From an uncultured virus (IMG/VR IMGVR_UViG_3300005095_000031) (lineage: Duplodnaviria; Heunggongvirae; Uroviricota; Caudoviricetes), in IMG/VR virus record IMGVR_UViG_3300005095_000031: a stretch of 64,000 nt of DNA; one strand, written 5' to 3'. A program made the position numbers and the translations under genes. A model generated the notes under the pieces. The model had not been told where the DNA came from. It was given only the letters and a program-made list of their open reading frames with translations, and did no database searches. The first letter of the stretch is position 1. Each line of letters begins with the position of its first letter. Of the stretch, positions 11,220 to 19,661 are shown piece by piece.

Positions 11220-11985
11220 CTTTTCTATCCTGGCCGTTTAATATCTTTATTCCATTTTCTACAAGATTATTTATACATCTTCTGTATCCAGCATATGTGC
11301 TTGTATAGTTCTTTACATAAAACTCAGGCTCAAGATCCAATTTCTCAATATATACCTGTGCCCTTCTTGTGGGAAGAAGAACGCCAACAGTATCAAAAGA
11401 AACAACACACATATCAGATATAACTAAAAATGGTTTTCGTCCATCATTTATCAAATAGTCAAGTTCGTACAGCTCAAACCTAACAGTATCAAGAGAATCT
11501 CCGAAAATAGAGCATATATCTTTAAAGGTGTCTTCTATCTTCTCCCCGATATTCATTTCCACAATATTTTCTATTATGCTTACAATTGGAAGGTGAACTT
11601 CTTTCCATATTTCAACAAACTTTCTATCGAATACATCACCGTTCTCCTCGACAACCGCCCTCATATATCCTATTTGATCAAGTAAAATTTTATTTATAGA
11701 ATCCGCCATCTCTCTTGTCAAAACAGGGCTCCCCTCCCTAATAAACATCATTTCAATACTATATAAAATTCTAAAAGCAGAATCTGAATAAAGTAACGCT
11801 ATCTCTTTTGCGACTCTTGAAAAACTGTATGAACCGAATTCTATCTCTGTTAAAACAAAATTTTGCACCTCCTTGAAAACCCTAAGAGCGTCAGAAGATG
11901 CAATTCTGAATACTATATTATTCAGGCGGTAGTTCTTTGGATCACTACTCATCTTCATGGTCAATCCTTCTTCTTCCAGATACAC
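11200..11985 (-). CDS. Hypothetical protein (true start may be the internal Met near 11958)
   Basis: 261-aa ORF co-directional with the operon. Confidence 0.65.
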   Translation of the reverse strand: MYLEEEGLTMKMSSDPKNYRLNNIVFRIASSDALRVFKEVQNFVLTEIEFGSYSFSRVAKEIALLYSDSAFRILYSIEMMFIREGSPVLTREMADSINKILLDQIGYMRAVVEENGDVFDRKFVEIWKEVHLPIVSIIENIVEMNIGEKIEDTFKDICSIFGDSLDTVRFELYELDYLINDGRKPFLVISDMCVVSFDTVGVLLPTRRAQVYIEKLDLEPEFYVKNYTSTYAGYRRCINNLVENGIKILNGQDRKDVSEVA

Positions 11986-12358
11986 CGAAAGTTGTCCTTG
12001 TATAGATTATACCATTAAGTTCGGCAATCTTGTCTCTTATAGATCCAATTCCTTCCTCAACCCTACCTATATTCTCCTGTATTATGTCATGAGCATGCTT
12101 ATCTATAAAGTGAAGATCCCGAACTATTTTCTCCAGCTCGCCGACAACGTTGCTGACTTCTTCTGAAGAATTGGTGACTTTTTTTATTTTTTCACACGTT
12201 AGTCCACGGCATGAAAACCTATAGTATAAAAATGTTCCAACAACATAAGTAGCGAAAACCACAAGCAGTAAAATTATAAAGCCACCATATTCGTCAGGCG
12301 TAATCCCAAGCTCCGCCAGGACTTTTTCGGTAGCCTCTTCAAGATAATTTAAATCCAT
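11945..12358 (-). CDS. Single-pass membrane protein with coiled-coil tail
   Basis: TM segment GGFIILLLVVFATYVVGTFLYY. Confidence 0.65.
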   Translation of the reverse strand: MDLNYLEEATEKVLAELGITPDEYGGFIILLLVVFATYVVGTFLYYRFSCRGLTCEKIKKVTNSSEEVSNVVGELEKIVRDLHFIDKHAHDIIQENIGRVEEGIGSIRDKIAELNGIIYTRTTFGVSGRRRIDHEDE

Positions 12359-12383
12359 CGGAGCTCTTTTCTTTTTTGCTTTA

Positions 12384-12391
12384 ATTATACA
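12384..12391 (-). promoter_or_regulatory. -10 promoter element (TGTATAAT)
   Basis: TATAAT about 26 nt upstream of the 12358 start in an intergenic gap. Confidence 0.45.
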
Positions 12392-12415
12392 GTATTAATC
12401 TAATCAAACAAAAAA

Positions 12416-12667
12416 CTATTTATTGAGCTTCTCTACCGATGAATTGAACTTCTTTTTTGCTTTAAGAAATGCCTCTATTTTTGCAACATCATCCCATGAA
12501 ATGGATGCGTGAGTAGAGTTCAACTCATTGACATATATACTTAATTTTGCATTGAATCTTGGGCATTTTGTCTTGACATATACACGCTTTTCCCTAACAA
12601 CTGTAGTTTGCGTAGTTGCACACCCTCCAAAGATAATCATAATAGATAAAGCTATAGTTTTTATCAT
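12416..12667 (-). CDS. Lipoprotein, putative outer-membrane spanin
   Basis: Signal with lipobox IIFGG-C; located downstream of the endolysin. Confidence 0.6.
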   Translation of the reverse strand: MIKTIALSIMIIFGGCATTQTTVVREKRVYVKTKCPRFNAKLSIYVNELNSTHASISWDDVAKIEAFLKAKKKFNSSVEKLNK

Positions 12668-12927
12668 CCGGATATTCTCCTGCTATGCTTTGGAACTTCA
12701 TCAATTATGTTATCTATTTCCGACTCATACTCTATTCTCATAGACTCTATTTTCGCCTCATACTCAAGTCTGCATTTGTCAAGCTGTTCTCTAAGAGATC
12801 TATTTTCCTCGGCAAGAGAATCACGCTCTATTTGCTGATCACGTATAGACTTTTCCTTGAAATAGCTTGATAGATAGTCAACAAAATTCATTATCTTGTT
12901 GACTATGTCTACTATGCTGGTAATCAT
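12664..12927 (-). CDS. Coiled-coil protein, possible inner-membrane spanin partner
   Basis: Coiled coil, 4-nt overlap with the lipoprotein gene; N-terminal anchor only weakly hydrophobic. Confidence 0.4.
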   Translation of the reverse strand: MITSIVDIVNKIMNFVDYLSSYFKEKSIRDQQIERDSLAEENRSLREQLDKCRLEYEAKIESMRIEYESEIDNIIDEVPKHSRRISG

Positions 12928-13169
12928 TATGCTTTACTTTGCTTTTCTTTCAACAAGAAAACAGCAGCCTCAATTCCAAGGTTAATTAGAAAAGTTGCTG
13001 TATCGTATCCAAGCATCTTTAGCTGTTTTAGAGCCTGCTCACGCTTAACATCTCCAGGAACATCCATATTCGATAGGCTTGACACAATATCTTTTATTTG
13101 GTTAAACATTGATCCGCCAAGTACCCATGCAACAACTTTATCTAAAACGTATGTTTTTAGTGCTTCCAT
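12927..13169 (-). CDS. Small lysis-cassette protein (possible holin-like)
   Basis: 80 aa amphipathic, directly downstream of the endolysin. Confidence 0.45.
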   Translation of the reverse strand: MEALKTYVLDKVVAWVLGGSMFNQIKDIVSSLSNMDVPGDVKREQALKQLKMLGYDTATFLINLGIEAAVFLLKEKQSKA

Positions 13170-13189
13170 TTTTTTATCCTTATGTTTTA

Positions 13190-13612
13190 TTATCCAGGGA
13201 ATCTATCCGGGTCTATTTTTCTTATATCGTAATATGATCTCATTCCAGTCATTTGCCAATGCGGACGGTCCCACCCCCAAAGGTCATAGCCGTTGTCTAT
13301 ATTCAGGTTATATTTTTTGATTACTTTTTTCATTGCCTTGTTTATTTTTCTGAACGCATCTTCGCTGTCCCATCTATAATTTCCATCAATATACGGAACA
13401 AGATCAACTGCAAGACCATATAGATGATACGAGCGATACGTTTTACTTCTGCCTTGCTTCACTAGCTTTCTTTGCCTCTTCATACTTCTGACACCCTCAA
13501 GAACCCCAAAGTCAACATCGGTAATCTTGATAGCCTCATGAACTGCGAATGCAAGCTGAGGATGGACCCCAACAAGATTCCTTAGAGACCTTTTTCCTAA
13601 TTTGTATGCCAT
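13190..13612 (-). CDS. Endolysin, peptidase M15 (L-Ala-D-Glu peptidase type)
   Basis: SLRNLVGVHPQL, EGVRS..RQ..LVKQGRS, SYHLYGLAVDL, WDRPHWQ Zn-peptidase motifs. Confidence 0.9.
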   Translation of the reverse strand: MAYKLGKRSLRNLVGVHPQLAFAVHEAIKITDVDFGVLEGVRSMKRQRKLVKQGRSKTYRSYHLYGLAVDLVPYIDGNYRWDSEDAFRKINKAMKKVIKKYNLNIDNGYDLWGWDRPHWQMTGMRSYYDIRKIDPDRFPG

Positions 13613-13623
13613 TAAAAATCCTT

Positions 13624-14790
13624 TTATTTAGATGATAGTGCAGCTAAACCGCCACCAGCTGCAAGCCCTGCGCCAATTTTTGAATATGTCTTTATTTTAT
13701 CCATATCAATTGGACCTCCACCCATTATCTTATCTGCAAGATTCTTTTCTTTCCTTGTGCTTTTAGCAGCCCTTGCAGTAGTCTTTAAAATAGACTGATA
13801 AGGAGCAGCATTCTTCTCGATATCTGTTTCTTTGTACAGCATTTTTTTTGCCTTGTTTTGTGTCATGATATTTTCCTTTACTTCTTTTTTGCATTTACTG
13901 CTGTTTTCTTTTGCAATTTTCTCAATAATATCAGCTGGGCCAAAATTGTCAAGCTCTGGACGTGAATCACCATTTACATATGAAAGATCATCAAAATGCT
14001 CAAGCTCATCAGACATGAGTTCCTTAAAAAATCTTGCAGCCTCAATATCGCCATGCCTCATTGAGCATTTTACCATCATTTTATATTCTCTTGCAGCATC
14101 AAGCTCCATTTTCTGAATTTTTGATACAACAGTTTTTGTATCATATGATATGAAATAATCAACAACTTCATCATCTAAACATATCTTTAGATCAGAAGCG
14201 AATCCACGTGCTGAAGCAAACTTCATAAGCTCCATATAGTGCTCAAACTCTTCTTTTGCATGCTCAATCAGCTCCTCTGACACCTCTTTTGAGCCAAGTC
14301 CTGTAATTAGATTTGATGCTTTTATATACATTGCTGCAGCACTAAGCTCATCGACAATTGATTTCTGAATAAAGCATTTTAGTTTTTCGTTAAACCCTAA
14401 AAGCTCTCCGGCGGTCTTATTTAACTCGATTTTTTTCATTCCATATTCCCTTGTATATTTTATTCTGGATAAACCTTTCTTTTGCATCATCCATCGATGC
14501 ACCTGATTCCCGCTGTTATCAACCCATTCAAGGTTATCAACAGAGAAGTTGCTTCTATCTGAGTCCTTATGATTAACAATTGGCTTTTTATCCGGGTTTG
14601 GAAGAAAGTGCTCAGCTACCAACTTATGAATTCTTCTTTCATGCTTTCTTCCGTCTCTCATTAGTGTTACTTTTGGATATCCAAACCAAGTCCTTCCCTT
14701 AAGTGGAGAATCCTTATTTTTCCTTCTTATTCCATTTTTTGGATGAATTTCATACTCTGGAAATCCATTTACTTCTACCCATTCTGTCAT
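13624..14790 (-). CDS. NUMOD4/HNH endonuclease fused to ferritin-like domain with C-terminal Gly-rich helix
   Basis: IHKLVAEHF.PNP....VNHKDSDRSN...NLEWV; DELSAAAMY, EEFEH, ELDAAREY, DELEH di-iron-type motifs. Confidence 0.8.
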   Translation of the reverse strand: MTEWVEVNGFPEYEIHPKNGIRRKNKDSPLKGRTWFGYPKVTLMRDGRKHERRIHKLVAEHFLPNPDKKPIVNHKDSDRSNFSVDNLEWVDNSGNQVHRWMMQKKGLSRIKYTREYGMKKIELNKTAGELLGFNEKLKCFIQKSIVDELSAAAMYIKASNLITGLGSKEVSEELIEHAKEEFEHYMELMKFASARGFASDLKICLDDEVVDYFISYDTKTVVSKIQKMELDAAREYKMMVKCSMRHGDIEAARFFKELMSDELEHFDDLSYVNGDSRPELDNFGPADIIEKIAKENSSKCKKEVKENIMTQNKAKKMLYKETDIEKNAAPYQSILKTTARAAKSTRKEKNLADKIMGGGPIDMDKIKTYSKIGAGLAAGGGLAALSSK

Positions 14791-14797
14791 ATTTCAC

Positions 14798-15184
14798 CTA
14801 CGCATAAGCTAAATTTATATTTTCGCCAGAAGAAAACAATTTTTTCGCCCTATCTAATATTGTTGGATTTTTTTTCCCATAAATATTCTTGTTTTCTTCC
14901 CATATTTTTCTTTTAGTGTATTTTTCAGCAGAAGAAAGAGTCTTTCTCCTCGCTTCTTCAAATTTGCTCTTTGCTTTCATATATCTTTTTTTATCAGAAT
15001 ATGTCATCTCATCAAAAGTACTAGCTAAACCTGATTTTGTTTTTCTATATGGATCTTTTGATATTCTTGAGAATCCTCCTTCTGCAGACTCCATTATTCC
15101 TCTTGCAATATTTTCCCTTCCAAGTCTTTCTGTAAAAACCTTTTTTGCAAGTCTTGCTGATATTGACTTTTTTTCAAGCATCAT
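14798..15184 (-). CDS. Basic hypothetical protein
   Basis: 128 aa, Lys/Arg-rich. Confidence 0.6.
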   Translation of the reverse strand: MMLEKKSISARLAKKVFTERLGRENIARGIMESAEGGFSRISKDPYRKTKSGLASTFDEMTYSDKKRYMKAKSKFEEARRKTLSSAEKYTKRKIWEENKNIYGKKNPTILDRAKKLFSSGENINLAYA

Positions 15185-15449
15185 TTTCTCTTATTACTAT
15201 TTTATCTTCATCTAGGTCTTTTTCTTTTTCTTTAAGCAGTATGTTTTTATCGCTACTGCTTTTCGAGCTTCCAAAATAATAGTTAACAACAGTTCCACTC
15301 AATCCAAGTATCATACCGAGTGCAACATTTACTATGTCACGATTCTCTTCAGGGACTACTTTTGTGAGAAGACCATGACCTAAAATAAATGTAGCGGTAA
15401 TAATAACAAGAGCGAGTATTGCCATATAAAATTTCTCATAATCACGCAT
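15174..15449 (-). CDS. Two-TM membrane protein, holin-like
   Basis: Two hydrophobic helices followed by VVNYYFGSSKSS..K, a pattern common in phage holin-like proteins. Confidence 0.6.
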   Translation of the reverse strand: MRDYEKFYMAILALVIITATFILGHGLLTKVVPEENRDIVNVALGMILGLSGTVVNYYFGSSKSSSDKNILLKEKEKDLDEDKIVIRENDA

Positions 15450-15466
15450 GATAATCCTTTGTAAAA

Positions 15467-18385
15467 TTATACCAAGTTATACTCATCTGAAAGTTCTTTG
15501 ATCTTATCTGCGTCAAGAGGTGTGCCTATTAACCTCACATGGTCAACTTTTCCATTTAGATAATGTGTTCCAGTGGATGAATCGTGACTCACTCCAATAA
15601 GGAAATCCGTTACACTATCTTGTATATCCCCTAGGCCATCTACTTCAAATACAAGATTTCCATCGACATATATATGTATTTCTCCCGAAGTATTAACTAC
15701 TGCTATGTGATACCATTTTTCATCATCCAGAGTAAATCCCGTATCGTATTTTCTTACACTTCCATCATATGTTCTGTAGTACAGCCTTCCAGATTCTCTT
15801 TCAAGCTCACCAATATAATTGTTATCATCTGCACTTCTGATATCATTTATTCCTGAATCTCCAGACCCACTATTGAAATAAACATACATAGACACAGTGC
15901 TTTCTTTTACAAAGTCACCGTATATTACATCTGATATCCTTATATAGCTATTGCCATCAAATGTTGCAGCCTGCCCTATCACTCCATCATCATAAGATTC
16001 TGTTCCGCTCCAAGAAGATGAAAATACTCCAAGTTTATCATTCGGGTTTCCATCAAGTCCTATAAGTGCAATACCAGAATTGTCCATAAATGGATCTGTA
16101 TTTTCAATAAATTGAATATCAGGCTTTTCATAATACAGGGTCTGTATCTCTTCAAAAGACAATGCCTTATTAAATATCCTCAGTTGATCAATCTTCCCAT
16201 CTATCCCCTGGTTATCTTGTGATTGATAGGCTATTTGTATATTCATGCTTCCAAGTATATTATTGGATGTCTGATACTCTGCGTATTGACTTCCGCCATC
16301 CAAATAAAACATATATTTTGATCCATCAAACACCACAACCAAATGAGCCCATCTTCCCTCTAGTGATGAGGTATCTATTCCATCTAAAAGGTTATCTCCA
16401 CCGTCATATATGTTTATCCTTTTATCACCTCTATGTGATACTCTTATGGATTCTATTGGATTGCTTGTTTTTGCAAACAGTCCAGGATAGTCGCTATTGG
16501 CAGCGTTGTCAAGATTTAGCCATACAGATAGAGAGTAGCTAGATAAATCCTTATTGGCAGAAATTTCAAATCCATTCTGGCCTCCCTCAAACTCAGCAGC
16601 AACTGAATTCTTCCCTATAGCATAAGATACTGACCCAACAAGACTGCCGTTATTTTCCTCATATGAATCAAGAAGATTTTTCTCAAACTCATAGAACGCT
16701 ATTTCCGATCCGTCTTTAAATGGGTCTTTTTCTGTGGCATATAGTGGATATATCTCTTTTGATAATTTCAATATCTCTTCTTCTGTTAAGCTCCTATTAA
16801 ATATTCTAAGGTTGTCCGTCTTAGATGGCCCGTAGCCACGATCATCGCTAGTAAGATATCTTACGCCAAGAGACAATAGCGCACTGTCGCTATCGCTTTC
16901 ACTGTATTCAAAATCACTAATAACCAACTCTCCATCCATATATACTTGGAATGTATTGCTTGATATCTTTTGAAATACAAAATGGTGCCACTCATCGTAA
17001 TTTACAGTAATTGAGCTTTTGGCGTTTGGCCCCCTGTCCTCACCGTAGTACCAATTTAGTGTCTGTATATATCCAGTATCACTATCTATAGTAAGCTGCG
17101 GGTTAAAGTCTCCTGTTGAATCTGCAGTTGATCCAAATATGATTACATCTCTTGAAAATAATGATATTGCATACGTATCTCCAGAAGAGTGGTCTATGTA
17201 TATACCCGTATCGACTCTGTCTTTATTATCTGGTGTACATATACATTTAGACATCCTTCCGCTGGAATAGTATATTCCATCTCCTATCACATCTGCATTG
17301 TAGTTTCCACCTACATCATGTGGGTCGCCATCAAATGGATATGATGCCACGCATGACCCATCACCAAATATATCAAGAATATGAATTGTTGCCACATCTT
17401 TCTCTACAATAACCATTGCAGGGTCGCTCCAAGGAGACTCATTTCCATCAGTATCCTCATATGATACACGAACATAATAAAGTGAATAATCCTCAGAAAA
17501 CCAATTGATGTCTAATGGGATTTCTTGTGTAAATTCAAATTGCTCTTCATAAAACGGCTCAGTCCAGCTATCCATGTCTGATGTTATTATCTGCATGTTT
17601 GTGTATGCTGGAGTTCCAACCCCATGAAAAGGACTTATTCTTATCTTTGATTGTGTTTCGTATGTCCATTCCTCCGGATATAGTATTGCTGGTCTTTCAA
17701 CTAAAACCTCAGCAGAAGAAACCTCGCACTTATTTACACTTATCCCAAGCTTCTCAGTATAATCGTTATAATTCTCCTTCTTCAGAGTTGCAGACAGTAT
17801 TATGTCTTCCCCATCTTCTCCGGCAGTAACATAAGAAATAAAATTGCTTGAACTGCTTACTTCCACAGTTGCGCTTCCTGATACTTCCCATTCGATAGAA
17901 TCAGGATCTACATCAGATACCAATTCATACATTACAGGATTTGGGTCATCTATTATGGTAGGTCCTATTATTTTTACTCCACCAAAATTTCCATAGGCAT
18001 ATGATATTGTTATTGTATCTGTTGAAATTACACCATCTATAGATGCCGATACAGACACGGAAACATCTGCTGGTTCTTCGCATAATATTTTCACACTCTG
18101 TTCAGTGTTTGATCCTATTATTTGTGCATTGTCGCTAACCGTCCATAAATATGAATCAAATTGAACTGCAGACGTAGCGACAAGATATATTTCAGTTCCA
18201 ACAACTGGTGCCATACTGGCAGTAGATATTTTTACCCCGTCGGCTTCCACCTGAGATTTTATTGTTGTAAACACTACGGAAGAATCAGATTCGCTTATAA
18301 CAAGGCCTTCTATTTTTGTTGTCCCTACTACTACATCCCCACCTTCAGCATTTAAAAGTGATCTAAGTACGTCAGTAAGTCTCAC
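15467..18385 (-). CDS. Large adhesin/tail-fibre-like protein with Ig/PKD-like and three LamG domains
   Basis: 972 aa; three repeats starting D(I/P)FxDxS and ending D(N/Q/H)(L/V)R(I/L); WHHFV, WAHLV, WYHIAV. Confidence 0.8.
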   Translation of the reverse strand: MRLTDVLRSLLNAEGGDVVVGTTKIEGLVISESDSSVVFTTIKSQVEADGVKISTASMAPVVGTEIYLVATSAVQFDSYLWTVSDNAQIIGSNTEQSVKILCEEPADVSVSVSASIDGVISTDTITISYAYGNFGGVKIIGPTIIDDPNPVMYELVSDVDPDSIEWEVSGSATVEVSSSSNFISYVTAGEDGEDIILSATLKKENYNDYTEKLGISVNKCEVSSAEVLVERPAILYPEEWTYETQSKIRISPFHGVGTPAYTNMQIITSDMDSWTEPFYEEQFEFTQEIPLDINWFSEDYSLYYVRVSYEDTDGNESPWSDPAMVIVEKDVATIHILDIFGDGSCVASYPFDGDPHDVGGNYNADVIGDGIYYSSGRMSKCICTPDNKDRVDTGIYIDHSSGDTYAISLFSRDVIIFGSTADSTGDFNPQLTIDSDTGYIQTLNWYYGEDRGPNAKSSITVNYDEWHHFVFQKISSNTFQVYMDGELVISDFEYSESDSDSALLSLGVRYLTSDDRGYGPSKTDNLRIFNRSLTEEEILKLSKEIYPLYATEKDPFKDGSEIAFYEFEKNLLDSYEENNGSLVGSVSYAIGKNSVAAEFEGGQNGFEISANKDLSSYSLSVWLNLDNAANSDYPGLFAKTSNPIESIRVSHRGDKRINIYDGGDNLLDGIDTSSLEGRWAHLVVVFDGSKYMFYLDGGSQYAEYQTSNNILGSMNIQIAYQSQDNQGIDGKIDQLRIFNKALSFEEIQTLYYEKPDIQFIENTDPFMDNSGIALIGLDGNPNDKLGVFSSSWSGTESYDDGVIGQAATFDGNSYIRISDVIYGDFVKESTVSMYVYFNSGSGDSGINDIRSADDNNYIGELERESGRLYYRTYDGSVRKYDTGFTLDDEKWYHIAVVNTSGEIHIYVDGNLVFEVDGLGDIQDSVTDFLIGVSHDSSTGTHYLNGKVDHVRLIGTPLDADKIKELSDEYNLV

Positions 18386-19650
18386 TGCAGAAACTCCGTA
18401 ACTTGTATGTTCGTATAAAACATTCCTGTGTCTCCATACGCCCCCTCAAGTTGATGATCTTCATTTATGTGTAGTGTTCCATCATATGATCTATGCATAA
18501 ACTTAAAACATACATTAAAATCATGCAATGGTGTATTTATAAAAGTATATTGGCCGTTCATGCTTGTTATAAGATCTCCTCCATTTACCATAGGCCCATC
18601 ATGCCCAGAGTGCCCTGCAAACATCCATGACTCTGTTCTCTCAACGTATTGCTCATTTCCAATCCATGAACCATTGTGCCTATCCATCTCGTCATACGGA
18701 GTTGAAATTAACATATATTTTGAAATCAATGACGGATTGTTCAGCGGCTCTGTTCCTGGATCATTGTTTAAAAATAATTTTTTAACATCATCTTCATCTA
18801 GGGCCGAAGAATACAGCTCTATTTTTGCAATTTCTCCTTTAAACAAATCGTCTGCATCATACTCACTTTTTCCAATAAAACAGTCCTCTCTATTTTCAGC
18901 TGATGATGGATCCGCATCTTCTACAGTTACCCTATGCTCTATCCCATTTATCCACATTCTGTATACACCATTGTCTCTTGTGATGCATACCTCGTACCAC
19001 CTTCCTTCTACAACGTTGTATTCCGTCTCTGCAGATATTACATTCTTTCTCCCGCCATCTCCAACAAGCGGCCCATTAACAAAAGACAGTTTTCCAGTAT
19101 TGTCCCACAATCTCAATGCAGCGCATCCGGCAATGTTAACTATTCTTGGCCAAGTAACATACTCATCTATCTTAAATACCGCATATATAGTAAAAGATGG
19201 GTTTTGATCCATATCAAAATATTGAGCAAGAGTCCCGCTGTCTTCAAGCTGGATATACGATGACCCATCAAACTTTGCAACATTCCTTGGCTTCCCATAA
19301 TCGAAGCAGTAGTCAATCCAGATATATCCTCCTCCCCATCCGCTTGCATCGTTTCTCATTGGGACACGCCATCTTAAATCAACATATGACCCAGCGTTTA
19401 TTGCAATAGGATCCCACAGTTTTCCATCTGCCCATGTTGACCCAAATTCTCTTCCTTCTGAATCTACCTGGTGAGACAGTTTCCCCATTCCACCTTTTGC
19501 AGGAGCAAACGGGTCAAACCACCCCTTGTATGTTCCAAGCTCACCAGTATCTGTTGCATATACTATTTCTCTTTCGCCTATTTCATTGCCTGGCTCAAGG
19601 AATGTCTCCTTTTCGCCTCCCCTTAGATATATTCCTGGTTTAGTTGCCAT
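18382..19650 (-). CDS. Tail-fibre-like protein with LamG domain
   Basis: N-terminal GEREIVYATDTGEL fibre-like motif; WYEVCIT...FKGEIAKIELYSSALDEDDVKKLF. Confidence 0.7.
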   Translation of the reverse strand: MATKPGIYLRGGEKETFLEPGNEIGEREIVYATDTGELGTYKGWFDPFAPAKGGMGKLSHQVDSEGREFGSTWADGKLWDPIAINAGSYVDLRWRVPMRNDASGWGGGYIWIDYCFDYGKPRNVAKFDGSSYIQLEDSGTLAQYFDMDQNPSFTIYAVFKIDEYVTWPRIVNIAGCAALRLWDNTGKLSFVNGPLVGDGGRKNVISAETEYNVVEGRWYEVCITRDNGVYRMWINGIEHRVTVEDADPSSAENREDCFIGKSEYDADDLFKGEIAKIELYSSALDEDDVKKLFLNNDPGTEPLNNPSLISKYMLISTPYDEMDRHNGSWIGNEQYVERTESWMFAGHSGHDGPMVNGGDLITSMNGQYTFINTPLHDFNVCFKFMHRSYDGTLHINEDHQLEGAYGDTGMFYTNIQVTEFLQ

Positions 19651-19661
19651 ATATTGTCCTT

